Below, piece after piece: positions 52,486 to 64,000 of a DNA stretch of 64,000 bases (the first letter of the stretch is position 1; the number at the start of each line of letters is the position of its first letter). The notes under the pieces were generated by a model. That model made no database searches. It saw only the letters and a program-made list of their open reading frames with translations, and was not told where the DNA came from. This DNA comes from Planctomycetota bacterium (GTDB taxonomy: Bacteria > Planctomycetota > PUPC01 > DSUN01). The position numbers and the translations under genes were made by a program. The DNA lies in contig DATKZY010000144.1 of the NCBI GenBank assembly GCA_035527715.1, positions 4,444-68,443 of the forward strand, given 5' to 3'.

Positions 52486-52973
52486 GGCGGGTCTCCTTTG
52501 CTCTTGGCGCGGGCGATCGGCCCCAGCGTGCCGTTCGTCGCGCGCAGATAATCGTTGGGGGCGAGGAGGAGCTGGGTGCCGCGCACGCCGGCGGAGATGG
52601 CGACGCGGTCGTGGAGGACGATCTCCTCGGCCACGAAGACGGGATAGTCCCTCTTGCCGCCGAGAGCCGTCACGCCGCCGCGGATGTAGCCGGTGAGGGG
52701 CTGGACCTCGCGGAGGGGGACCATCTCGACCTTGCGGTCGCCCGAGAGGCGGGCGAGGGCCTTGAGGTCCAGCTCGGCGTCGCCGGGCACGACGGCGAAG
52801 GCCACGCCGTTGCGGTCGCCACGCACGACGAGGGTCTTGAACACCTGTTCGGGGGGCATGCCGATCTTGGCGGCGACGGATTCGGCGGTCAGGTCGTCGG
52901 GGTCCACCTCGTACTCACGCAGCTCACAGGCGATGGCGAGGCGGTCGAGGATGCGGGCGGCGTTGGTCTTCAT
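52476..52973 (-). CDS. ybaK: Cys-tRNA(Pro)/Cys-tRNA(Cys) deacylase YbaK
   Basis: MKTNAARILD...GGVTALGGKRDYPVFV... follows the YbaK/ProX pattern. ~165 aa. Start could also be 53001-53006. Confidence 0.7.
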   Translation of the reverse strand: MKTNAARILDRLAIACELREYEVDPDDLTAESVAAKIGMPPEQVFKTLVVRGDRNGVAFAVVPGDAELDLKALARLSGDRKVEMVPLREVQPLTGYIRGGVTALGGKRDYPVFVAEEIVLHDRVAISAGVRGTQLLLAPNDYLRATNGTLGPIARAKSKGDPPCG

Positions 52974-53015
52974 GACTATCCGACCCGGGAACCGCTCACC
53001 CATCACCGCAACACT

Positions 53016-54449
53016 TCACCCGTCTGAAGTGGACGCCCCGGCCGAGGCAAGCTCGGTGCCTGCCGTCTGGCAGGCGGAGTGTCTCGAGGCCAGGTGACGC
53101 TGGAAGTCGGCGTAGGCATTGCCGTCCACGCGGATGTTGCTCCTGTAGGAGAGATTGCCGACCAGGCTGATCAGCGGCTGGCGGCGGCGCCACACACTGT
53201 CCCACACCCTGCGCAGGATGCGCGGCAGGGAATAGAAGTTCCGGCCGCATGAGAGCATCTCTTCGATGATGTCCGCCCGGGACAGGTGCTTGTACCGGGC
53301 CACGGGGAAGGTGAGCGTGTAGTATCTCCAGTCTTCCGGGAACCTGTCGAGGGCGAGGCGGTTCTCCGACCTCATCTCGTCCCACAGGCGCGTGCCGGGC
53401 AGGGGCGTCAGAAACAGCGTGTTCAGATTGTCCACCCCATACTCGGTGGCCGCGTCGGCGATGCATTTGCCGATGCCCGGTTCGTCTACGTCCAGGCCGA
53501 TGATGAAGGAGCCCACGACCAGGATGTGGTGCCGCTGGATGCGCCGCACGGAGGCGCGGAAGTCGCGTCCCTTCAGCAGGTTGAACTTCTTGCCGATCTC
53601 CCGGAGCCCCTCCGGCGTGGGGGATTCAAAGCCGATGAAGACGCCTCGGCAGCCGGCCTTCGCGGCCAACGTCAGGAGCTCTTCGTCGTCGGCGAAGTTG
53701 ATGGTGGCCTGGCCGACCCATTCCTTGCGCAGGTTCGCCTGGGCCAGGGCGCGGAACAGGTCCTTCGCGCGGGCGATGTGCTCGGGTCGCGTGCCGATGA
53801 GGTTGTCGTCTACCACCAGCACGTGCTTCTCGCGAATCGCCGTGAACTCGCGCACGACATCCGGGATCGGCCGCTGCCGGTACTTGGCGCCGTTGAAGGC
53901 CGTGACGCTGCAAAAGGTGCAGTTCAGGGGACAGCCGCGTGTGGTCTGGACGGCCCCAAAGGCGTATCGCGGAGGCAGCAGGTCGTGACGGGCAAGCGGG
54001 ACGGCATTCATGTCGGCGAGCCCGCCGTCGTACCGGCGCTTCAGGTGGCCTTGGCGGGCGTCGTCCAGGACCTGCGCCCACACGCCTTCGGCTTCCCCTG
54101 TGACGACCGAGTCCACGCGCTCCGCGACCTCGTCGAGGCACATTGTGGCGTGGATGCCGCCCATGACGACGGGCACACCCAGGCTCCGGAAGTGCGCGGC
54201 GACTTCATAGCCGCGGTTCGCCTGCGAGGTGAACGCCGTGATGCCCACCAAGTCGGGCCGCGGCAGGGCCGCGTAGTCCGGCGCGCCCAGGTTCTCGTCC
54301 ACGATCGTGATGTCCCACTCCCGCGGGGTCAGGCCCGCGAGAACCATGAGGCCAAGCGGCTTCCACACGCGGTAGCGGTTCCAGCGGCTCTCCTTGATGT
54401 TGACGATGCTGACGAGCGGGTTGGCGGGGTTGATCAGATAAAGTCGCAT
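53016..54449 (-). CDS. B12-binding-domain radical SAM protein (class B)
   Basis: N-terminal Rossmann-like B12-binding region (ITAFTSQ...VVMGGIHAT). Radical SAM core RGCPLNCTFCSV. Confidence 0.7.
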   Translation of the reverse strand: MRLYLINPANPLVSIVNIKESRWNRYRVWKPLGLMVLAGLTPREWDITIVDENLGAPDYAALPRPDLVGITAFTSQANRGYEVAAHFRSLGVPVVMGGIHATMCLDEVAERVDSVVTGEAEGVWAQVLDDARQGHLKRRYDGGLADMNAVPLARHDLLPPRYAFGAVQTTRGCPLNCTFCSVTAFNGAKYRQRPIPDVVREFTAIREKHVLVVDDNLIGTRPEHIARAKDLFRALAQANLRKEWVGQATINFADDEELLTLAAKAGCRGVFIGFESPTPEGLREIGKKFNLLKGRDFRASVRRIQRHHILVVGSFIIGLDVDEPGIGKCIADAATEYGVDNLNTLFLTPLPGTRLWDEMRSENRLALDRFPEDWRYYTLTFPVARYKHLSRADIIEEMLSCGRNFYSLPRILRRVWDSVWRRRQPLISLVGNLSYRSNIRVDGNAYADFQRHLASRHSACQTAGTELASAGASTSDG

Positions 54450-54519
54450 GGCCGGCATTCGCTCGTGGAAAAAACTCCCCGTCCTGATCCCGACGCGCGC
54501 TCGTCCCAGGGGAGCTCGG

Positions 54520-56952
<2,433 letters not shown>

Positions 56953-56956
<4 letters not shown>

Positions 56957-58257
56957 GGGGTCCGAGTTCCTTTCTTGCCCTTGGAGTGGAGGAACGGCTC
57001 CAGTGCCTCGAGGGTGCGGCGGGTGGCGCCGCGATTCGCTTCGACCACCCGGCGTGCCCGGCGTCCCATCTCCGCGGCGTCTCCGGGGTGTCCGAGCAAG
57101 TCGCCGAGCGCCGTGCCCAGCTCCGCCGCGTCGGCCACGCGCCGCGCGGCTCCGTGAGCGAGCAGTTGCTCGTTCACGTCGCGGAAGTTGCCCGTGTGCG
57201 GGCCGAAGAGCACGGGCTTCGCCTGGGCAGAGGGCTCAATTGTACTTTGCCCGCCGTGCGGAATCAAGCTGCCCCCCACAAAAACCAGCGTGGCGAGGCC
57301 GTAGACCCGGGCCAGCTCGCCCATCGTGTCGAGCAGGATCACCGCGCCGGGCTCGGCGCGCGCCCCGTCCTTGAGGGCGGTGCGGCGGATGCAGGGGAGG
57401 CCGGCGCGGCGGATGAGCTGCTCGACGGGGCCGAAGCGGTCGGCCTGGCGCGGCGCCAGGAGGAGGCGAAGAGCGGGAAACTCCCGCTTGAGGCGCGGGT
57501 AGGCATCGAGCAGCGCCTCGTCCTCGCCCGGCCACGTGCAGCCGCCGACGACGAGCGGCTCGTCGGGGCCGAGGCCGAAGCTGGCGGCCAGCTCGGCGTC
57601 GAGGCCGCGCGGCGGTGCGGGGGGGGCGGAATCGAACTTCAGGTTCCCCGTCACCGTCACCCGCTCGGCGGGCGCGCCCAGGGCCTTCAGCCGCTCGGCG
57701 TAGGCCTGGGTCTGCACGCAGAACTGCGCGATCCGCCGCAGCCAGCGGCCCGCCAGGGGACGGATGAGGCGGTAGCGGCCGAACGCCTTCTCGCTGAGGC
57801 GGCCGTTGACGATGGCGACGGGCACGCCCCGCCGCGCGGCGGCCGCGAGGAAGTTCGGCCACACCTCCAGCTCCACCAGCACGATCAGGTTCGGGCGGAT
57901 GCGGCGCAGCGTCCGAGCCACCGCGCACGAGAAGTCGAGCGGGTAGTAGAACGCCCGGCGGCCGGGATACAGCTTCTCCGCCATCGCGCGGCCCGTGTAG
58001 GTCGCCGTCGAGAACACGATCTCCCAGTCGGGATGCTCCTGTGCGAATGCCTCGACGAGCGGGCGGACGAGGTTCATCTCGCCCACCGACACCGCGTGGA
58101 CCCACAGGCAGGGGGCCTCGCCCTCCCTGGGCGCGACGCCGCCGAAGCGTTCGCGGTAGCCGGTGCGGTACTTCCGGCTCGTCAGCGCCTTGTAGGCCAG
58201 GACCGGCGAGGCCAGAGTCACGCCAGCCGCATAAGCAATGTCGAGGAGGAGCGACAT
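56953..58257 (-). CDS. waaA: 3-deoxy-D-manno-octulosonic acid (Kdo) transferase
   Basis: VHAVSVGE...FSTATYTG N-domain and [16 protein letters not shown]-domain typical of KdtA/WaaA. 4-nt overlap with metK. Confidence 0.85.
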
Positions 58258-58320
58258 AGCGCAGGATGTTACCAGAACCCGCCGACTCCTTCAACCGCTC
58301 GATCGGGCATCGTGCGCCCC

Positions 58321-58505
58321 CAAGATGCTCACCTCACCCCGCCCGCGAAGTGAGGTGAACATCTTGCCGCCGCCTCCCCACCCTGTCACTCGTCGAGCAC
58401 ATGTGCTTGCTATCACTGAGCTTGCGGCGAGGCGTGCGTGGCAGGCGCCTGACCATTTCAAGATGTTCACCCCGTGTGTTGCGCGCTGAACATCTTGAAC
58501 ATCTT
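58321..58505. promoter_or_regulatory. Divergent-promoter region carrying five copies of the decamer GAACATCTTG/CAAGATGTTC arranged as two long inverted repeats
   Basis: caagatgctcacctcac...gtgaggtgaacatcttg (58321-58366); ttcaagatgttca (58457-58469); tgaacatcttgaacatcttg (58486-58505). Confidence 0.5.
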
Positions 58506-58648
58506 GCGTGGCAGGGTTGGGGGCCATGCTCCCAGCGCGACCACTCTCGCACGGTGGCGCGGGAACCGGCCTCGCCCTGCGCGCGTCTCAATGGATGACG
58601 GGAGGGGTATTCCTGGCCTGGGGGCTGTAACACCTGGAGGGTCCGACG

Positions 58649-61600
58649 ATGAGGACGTGTGCGGCAATTGCGGCGATTCTCGCGCTGGCTTCGACCTGGC
58701 TTGCGGCGGGCGAGGCGGCTCAGCCACAAGGAAACCCCGCCGAACGCGACGTGACGCAGGGGGCGCTGCGCATCGTGACGAAGGAGGGCGGGGTCGTCGA
58801 GTGCCCGCTGAAGCACACCGACGTGCGGGCCGACGTCTCCGGCTTCATCGCCCGCGTGAAAGTGACCCAGACCTTCCACAACCCGCTCGATGAAAAGATC
58901 GAGGCGATCTACGTCTTCCCCCTGCCGCACAAGGCGGCGGTGGACGACATGACGATGGTCATCGGCGAGCGGCGCATCGTGGGCCTCATCAAGCGGCGGG
59001 CCGCGGCACGCGAGATCTACGAGCAGGCCCTCGTCCGCGGCCTCACCGCCGCGCTCCTGGAGCAGGAGCGGCCCAACATCTTCACGCAATCGGTCGGCAA
59101 CATCCCGCCCAAGCAGGAGGTCAAGATCGAGATCTCCTACGTGGACGTGCTGGAATACGACATGGGCGTCTACGAGTTCCATTTCCCGATGGTCGTTGGC
59201 CCCCGCTACATCCCCGGGTCGCCCACGTCGAGCATCCCCCCCGTGCCGCCCGAGCTCAAGGGCAAGGTCGGCGAGCTGGACAAGACGAAGGTGCCCGAGG
59301 GCAAGGACAAGCCGAAGGGCACCGGCTGGGCGCCCGACACGACGCGGGTGCCCGACGCCTCGCGCATCACCCCACCCGTCCTCAAGCCCGGCGTGCGCAA
59401 CGGCCACGACATCTCGCTCGCCGTCTGGCTCAACGCCGGCGTGCCCATCCAGGACCTCAAGGTCGCCAACCACAAGGCCGAGGTCGAGCGCGACGGCGTG
59501 GCGAAGGCCGCCGTCGCTCTCTCGCGTGGCGACACGATTCCGAACAAGGACTTCGTCCTCCGCTACGGCGTGGTCGGCGCGAAGCCCGAAATGGCCCTCC
59601 TGTGCCACACCCACGAGGCGGGCAAGGGCTACTTCATGCTCATGGTCCAGCCCAAGGAGGACGAGCGGCTCAAGGTCAGCCCCCCGCGCGAAATCGTGTT
59701 CCTCGTGGACGTCTCGGGCTCGATGGGCGGCCAGCCGACGGCCAAGGTGCGCGAGACAATGGCCAAGCTGCTCCGCCTCTGCAAGCCGAACGACACGGTG
59801 CAACTGGTCGTCTTCGCCAGCCAGGCCGCGAAGCTCTTCGAGAAGCCCGTGCCGGCCAACGAGGAGAACATCAAGAGGACCGTGAACTTCACCCAGGGCC
59901 TCCGGGGCGGCGGCGGCACCGAGATGCTCAAGGGCGTGAAGATGGCCATCAACGAGCCGCTCGACCAGGAGCGGCTGCGGATCGTGATCATGCTCACCGA
60001 CGGCTATATCGGCAACGAGGCCGAGATCATCGCCGAGGTGGGGCGAAGCTGCGGCGACAAGATCCGCTTCTGGGCCATCGGCATCGGCAGCTCGCCCAAT
60101 CGCTTCCTCATTGACGGCGTGGCCCGCCAGGGCGGCGGAATGGCCAAGGTGCTCGGCCTCAACGACGAGACGGAGCCGATGGCTGTCGAAATCATGCAGC
60201 GCATCCACCGCGCCCAGCTCGCAAACATCACCGTGGACTGGGGGCAGGCGGACGTGTTCGAGACCTATCCCGCCAAGGTCCCCGAGCTGTGGGCCGGCCG
60301 CCCCGTCGTCCTCTTCGGCCGCTACGGCGGCGGCAGCCAGACCACCCTGACCCTCAGCGGCGACGTCGAGGGCAAGCCGGCGAAGTGGACCCTGCCCGTG
60401 AAGTTCGTGGCGAACGCCCCCGAAAACGGCGTCCTCGCCCAGGTGTGGGCGCGGAACAAGATCGAGGAGCTGATGCAGCAGACCTTCTACGCGGGCTCGC
60501 CCGAGGTGGAGGAGGAGGTGACGCAGCTCGCCCTCGACTACCGCCTGATGAGCCAATACACCAGCTTCGTCGCCGTGGACGAGGCGGAGGCGGGCAAGCT
60601 CGTCGAGCCCGCCCGGCCGCCGCGGCGCATGCTCGTCCCCATCCCCATCCCCGAGGGCACGCGGTACGAGGGCTTCTTCGGCGACCAACTTGGGGCGGGA
60701 CATGGCTGGGATGACTACGCCAGGACGAACGGGCGCGTTCTGAGGAAACAAGCGATGGCCTCGGCGAAGCCGATGTACGCAGTGCCCCCGCCGCCGGTGG
60801 CCATGCCCGTCGCGCCCGCGGAGAGAAAGGCCGGGGCCGCGCTCGCTACGGAAGGGGAAGCTCGCTCGCGTAGGGGCTTTGCCTACGGCGGGGCCGGCAG
60901 TGGCTACCGCAGAGCGGTCGGCCTCGACAAGCTGGAAGAGAGGGCGGAAAGCGCGGGGCCGGCCGGCGACGCCGACCGCGAGACGACCTCCATCGGGCGC
61001 GTCTACGGCTGGCGCGCGTTGAGCGCCCAGCTCGGCAAGCACGGCGAGTTGGCGACGAAACGCCTCGCCGAGGCCGAGGAGTTGCGGAAGAAGGGCGACC
61101 TCTACAGCGCGCGGTCCCGCTTCGCCTTCGCCTACCTCGCCGACGCCGCGCTCCAGGCCTGCGGAATGAGCGGCGGGCAGACCGCCTCGAAGGCCGCGGC
61201 CGCCATCGAGGAGATTGACCGCGAGCTGCTCAAGGTCTGGACAAAGGACGTGCCGGAGCTTGAGAAGCGGCTCGACCTCGTGCTCCGCGACAAGTCGGTC
61301 GAGGAGGCCCTCGAGGCCATCGCCCGCGCCGCGGGCATCAGCGTGAAGCCCATCGTGGGCAGCGTGCAGGACGCCGCGGCCCTCGTGGGCGAGCGCGACC
61401 TCCGCGTGAGCTTCCTCGACCTGCGCCGCGCCACCGTCGCCCAGGCCCTCAACTGGCTGCTCGTGCCGAACCGCCTGAGCTGGTGGGTGGCGAAGGGCTC
61501 GGCCGTCGTCGGCAGCGCCCGCCGCGCCGCCGGCGAATCGGCCTGGGTCTACAATGTCTCCGCCATCGCCATCCCCTCGGCCAAGGAGCTCGACGGCATC

Positions 61601-62584
61601 AAGGAGTATCCGAAGCGGGTCGAGGCGGTGGGCAGCGCGGCCGGGCGCTTCCTCAAGGCCGTGCAGGCCGAGCTGAAGCTCACCGACGACACGGCGCTCT
61701 GGTTCGCCCCGGGCCAGCTCCTGGTCTTCGGCGACACGAAGGCCCACATCGCGGCCCGCAGCCTCCTCACGCAGCTCGCCAGCCCCCACTCCCAGCCGAA
61801 GGGCGACCTGGCGGCGCTCTACAAGGACACGGCGCCCCGCGCCCGCGAGCACGAGGCGGCGGCCGCCGCCCGCGAGGCGGCCGAGGCCAAGGCCCGCCTC
61901 GTCGAGACCCTGCCGACGCACGGCTGGGCGCTCCTGGCCGCCGCGGTGGGCGGGACGCTCGACCTCGAGGCCCTGACGGAGCTCCAGATCGCCTGGCGCG
62001 ACCCGGCGATGGCCGAGCTGCTCAAGGGCCGCTCGGTCGCGGCCGCGCGGGCGCTCTGGGCCATCGCGGAATCGGCGCGGGCGCTGCCCAGAGAGGGCGA
62101 GCTGGCTCCCCTGGCCGCCGCCGCGCGGGCCAAGGCCCGCGAGGTCGCCGAGGCGGCGCTGGCCGACCTCGCGAAGTCGCCAGGGGGAGATCCCGCCGCC
62201 TTCTTCCGCGCCCTCTACGCCGCCCTGGCGTGCCGCGACGACGCGGCGCTCGCCGACAGGGCACACGCCGTGTTGACGACGGGCGGAGCGGCCGGCTCGT
62301 CCGTCCTCCAGGTCGGGCGGGCCCTGGCTGCGGCCCTCCTCGCGTCGGCGAACGACGCCGATCCCAAGGTGCTTGTGGAACTCGTCTGCCGGCGGGGCAA
62401 CGAGGTGCGGGGCGACGATCTGGTCGCGCTCACCGCGTTCGCCTGCCGCCGCGTGGGCGGGCAGGCCTGGCGTGCCTTCCGTGCCGAGGCCCGCGACCTG
62501 CTCGGTCGCCAGCCGCTCGACGGCAACGTCGTCGTCTTCGTCAACCGCCTCGCCCGGCCAGCCGTCCAGCTCGCCGCGAGGTAG
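58649..62584 (+). CDS. Secreted VIT domain plus von Willebrand factor type A (vWA) domain protein with a long alpha-helical C-terminal extension
   Basis: Signal peptide. VIT-like N-domain (...VKVTQTFHNP...IYVFPLP...). vWA MIDAS motif VFLVDVSGSMGG...LTDG. 1311 aa. GGAGGG RBS. Confidence 0.75.
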   Translation: MRTCAAIAAILALASTWLAAGEAAQPQGNPAERDVTQGALRIVTKEGGVVECPLKHTDVRADVSGFIARVKVTQTFHNPLDEKIEAIYVFPLPHKAAVDDMTMVIGERRIVGLIKRRAAAREIYEQALVRGLTAALLEQERPNIFTQSVGNIPPKQEVKIEISYVDVLEYDMGVYEFHFPMVVGPRYIPGSPTSSIPPVPPELKGKVGELDKTKVPEGKDKPKGTGWAPDTTRVPDASRITPPVLKPGVRNGHDISLAVWLNAGVPIQDLKVANHKAEVERDGVAKAAVALSRGDTIPNKDFVLRYGVVGAKPEMALLCHTHEAGKGYFMLMVQPKEDERLKVSPPREIVFLVDVSGSMGGQPTAKVRETMAKLLRLCKPNDTVQLVVFASQAAKLFEKPVPANEENIKRTVNFTQGLRGGGGTEMLKGVKMAINEPLDQERLRIVIMLTDGYIGNEAEIIAEVGRSCGDKIRFWAIGIGSSPNRFLIDGVARQGGGMAKVLGLNDETEPMAVEIMQRIHRAQLANITVDWGQADVFETYPAKVPELWAGRPVVLFGRYGGGSQTTLTLSGDVEGKPAKWTLPVKFVANAPENGVLAQVWARNKIEELMQQTFYAGSPEVEEEVTQLALDYRLMSQYTSFVAVDEAEAGKLVEPARPPRRMLVPIPIPEGTRYEGFFGDQLGAGHGWDDYARTNGRVLRKQAMASAKPMYAVPPPPVAMPVAPAERKAGAALATEGEARSRRGFAYGGAGSGYRRAVGLDKLEERAESAGPAGDADRETTSIGRVYGWRALSAQLGKHGELATKRLAEAEELRKKGDLYSARSRFAFAYLADAALQACGMSGGQTASKAAAAIEEIDRELLKVWTKDVPELEKRLDLVLRDKSVEEALEAIARAAGISVKPIVGSVQDAAALVGERDLRVSFLDLRRATVAQALNWLLVPNRLSWWVAKGSAVVGSARRAAGESAWVYNVSAIAIPSAKELDGIKEYPKRVEAVGSAAGRFLKAVQAELKLTDDTALWFAPGQLLVFGDTKAHIAARSLLTQLASPHSQPKGDLAALYKDTAPRAREHEAAAAAREAAEAKARLVETLPTHGWALLAAAVGGTLDLEALTELQIAWRDPAMAELLKGRSVAAARALWAIAESARALPREGELAPLAAAARAKAREVAEAALADLAKSPGGDPAAFFRALYAALACRDDAALADRAHAVLTTGGAAGSSVLQVGRALAAALLASANDADPKVLVELVCRRGNEVRGDDLVALTAFACRRVGGQAWRAFRAEARDLLGRQPLDGNVVVFVNRLARPAVQLAAR

Positions 62585-62678
62585 CAGAAGATCAACGCAG
62601 GAACCCTCGTCCCGCGTCGGCCCTGGCAGGTATCCAGCGCCGTCGGCTCCGGCAGGTAGACCCAGGAGGTCCGAGGCC

Positions 62679-63323
62679 ATGCGGCGACTTGGGGCGCTGA
62701 TCGCGGCGTCAGCATTGCTGGGTTGTCTGGGCTGCTCGCACCGCGCGCTGCACCGCGCCGCTGCTCCGCCGCATGCAGAGGGAGAGGTCCCCCCAGGCGT
62801 GTACAACGACCCGCTCCACGTGTTCGCCGCGTGGTTGAGGGGCACGCTCCCGACGAGCATGGACTACGGGCCGGACAGCAGGATGACCCAGCGGATGATG
62901 AACAGTGTCGGCGTACGCAGGGTCAGGAATTCGGTGAGAGCGTGGATGGCGTCGCTGTGCTTCTGTGGCTTGCCGCCGGGCTACACGAGCAGCAGCAACT
63001 TCGGCCCGGCGGTCAGGAAATGGACACTCCTCGACATCCCATTCCACTGGAACTGGACAGAGCAAGCTGTGGGAAGCTACACTACGCGCGCACAAGCAAC
63101 AGCCACAGTGACGGAGTGCGATAACAAGGATCACGAGAACTGCCAGGTGATCAAGGCGCGCATTTCGTTCCACGTGGTGAATGTGATGGGCAGGAGATCA
63201 TTCTTCAGAATCCTGCTCCGGGTCGAAGACAAGCACACGCCCGGCCCGATGCGGAGTTTCACCATGAACTTCCGATGGACCGAGGCCCTCTCGCTCGACT
63301 GCTGCGAGTGCGGTGCCCAATAG
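62679..63323 (+). CDS. Hypothetical lipoprotein (lower-GC)
   Basis: AGGAGG 9 nt upstream of ATG. Lipobox LLGCLGCS. No recognisable domain. Confidence 0.5.
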   Translation: MRRLGALIAASALLGCLGCSHRALHRAAAPPHAEGEVPPGVYNDPLHVFAAWLRGTLPTSMDYGPDSRMTQRMMNSVGVRRVRNSVRAWMASLCFCGLPPGYTSSSNFGPAVRKWTLLDIPFHWNWTEQAVGSYTTRAQATATVTECDNKDHENCQVIKARISFHVVNVMGRRSFFRILLRVEDKHTPGPMRSFTMNFRWTEALSLDCCECGAQ

Positions 63324-63394
63324 GGGATGGAACGGCAGCCGAGGTCCATACCCGCAGGAGCGGGGCGCGGGCAGAGGCCGCTGCTCGCCGCCTC

Positions 63395-64000
63395 TCAGGC
63401 GAGCGCCTCCTTGCAGAACTGGACGCACTTGCCGACTTCCGTCACCGGGTCCGAGCCCTGCGGAACCTTGTATTCCAGCTCGATATCGGCGGGGAACGTC
63501 CACTTCTCCTTCCGCATGAGCTGGAGGATTTCCTTCAGTGGCGTCTCGCCCTGACCCCACGGCAGGTTCCCACCGGCCGCGGTGCGGTCCTTCAGGTGCA
63601 GGCTGACCATGCGGTCGTGGTACTTCTCGATCACCGGGATCGGCGACTTCCCCTTGGTGCCGGCGACGTAGTGGCCCACGTCGAAGTTGTAGCCGATGTA
63701 CTGGCCGTGCTCCAGGATCGGGTCGTTCTTGTCCATCACCGGGTAGTTGCCCGTGTGGTTGTGGAAGGTGACCCAGACCTTGTGCTTGTCGGCAAACGGG
63801 GCGAGCCGCTTGGCCATCGCGTCGGAACGCTCGAGGGTGATGCCCACGCAACCGAGCGCCTTGGCCAGGAGGAAGTTGAACTCGACCTCTTCGTCCGACT
63901 TGCCGAAGCCGATCTTGTGGATGTGGATGGTGACGCCCGCGTCGTTATACATCTTTCGCAGTTCCTGGGCCTTGGCCAGTTGCGCCTCGCGCGCGGCGTC
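63395..64000 (-). CDS. Sugar phosphate isomerase/epimerase (xylose-isomerase-like TIM barrel), C-terminal ~200 aa; N-terminus beyond window end
   Basis: Frame open to nt 64000. ...VTFHNHTG...GYNFDVGH...LHLKD... metal-binding pattern of the AP_endonuc_2/XI-like family. Confidence 0.7.
   Translation of the reverse strand, partial: DAAREAQLAKAQELRKMYNDAGVTIHIHKIGFGKSDEEVEFNFLLAKALGCVGITLERSDAMAKRLAPFADKHKVWVTFHNHTGNYPVMDKNDPILEHGQYIGYNFDVGHYVAGTKGKSPIPVIEKYHDRMVSLHLKDRTAAGGNLPWGQGETPLKEILQLMRKEKWTFPADIELEYKVPQGSDPVTEVGKCVQFCKEALA

Noticed and set aside
58334-62860. 1508-aa minus ORF antisense to the VIT-vWA gene
   Set aside because: Antisense artefact. The plus-strand protein has a signal peptide, VIT and vWA MIDAS motifs.

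Overview
Highly GC-rich (roughly 68-70% by eye), gene-dense chromosomal segment with genes on both strands. I place it in a Planctomycetota/PVC-type genome by inference from gene content only: many signal-peptide, TAT and lipoprotein glycoside hydrolases, DUF1080, a PQQ beta-propeller, a giant PA14/beta-propeller/CXXCH/FGE protein, and a PEP-CTERM protein. I call about 45 protein genes. I saw no rRNA, tRNA, CRISPR array, transposase or integrase. Recognisable housekeeping genes are hisF, metK, ahcY, waaA (kdtA) and ybaK. The most interesting content is: (1) four tandem paralogous ~430-aa lipoprotein genes (14779-20212) with nearly identical 3' ends, convergent with a three-gene operon of secreted proteins (TPR, Cys-rich coiled-coil, coiled-coil plus papain-like); (2) a lower-GC single-gene islet (12662-13804) encoding a TIR-like N-domain fused to a possible SLOG/LOG-like domain, a candidate nucleotide-signalling or defence protein; (3) an ars-like cluster on the minus strand (43376-51016): arsR, ArsP-like permease (CSCS motif), TAT-exported FMN-reductase flavoprotein, radical SAM/SPASM enzyme, ACR3, a translationally coupled Cys/His lipoprotein, arsC, a small thioredoxin, and a DsbD/CcdA-like protein; (4) a conserved SD-sequestering hairpin immediately upstream of two unrelated secreted-protein genes; (5) a lower-GC three-gene islet (proline-racemase family, HEXXH protein, DUF303 esterase) and several unexplained repeat arrays. 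Many long ORFs in the supplied track are antisense high-GC artefacts or N-terminally over-extended. The track also uses GTG/TTG starts, so I re-picked starts from RBS spacing and signal peptides. Coordinates of small motifs may be off by 1-2 nt.
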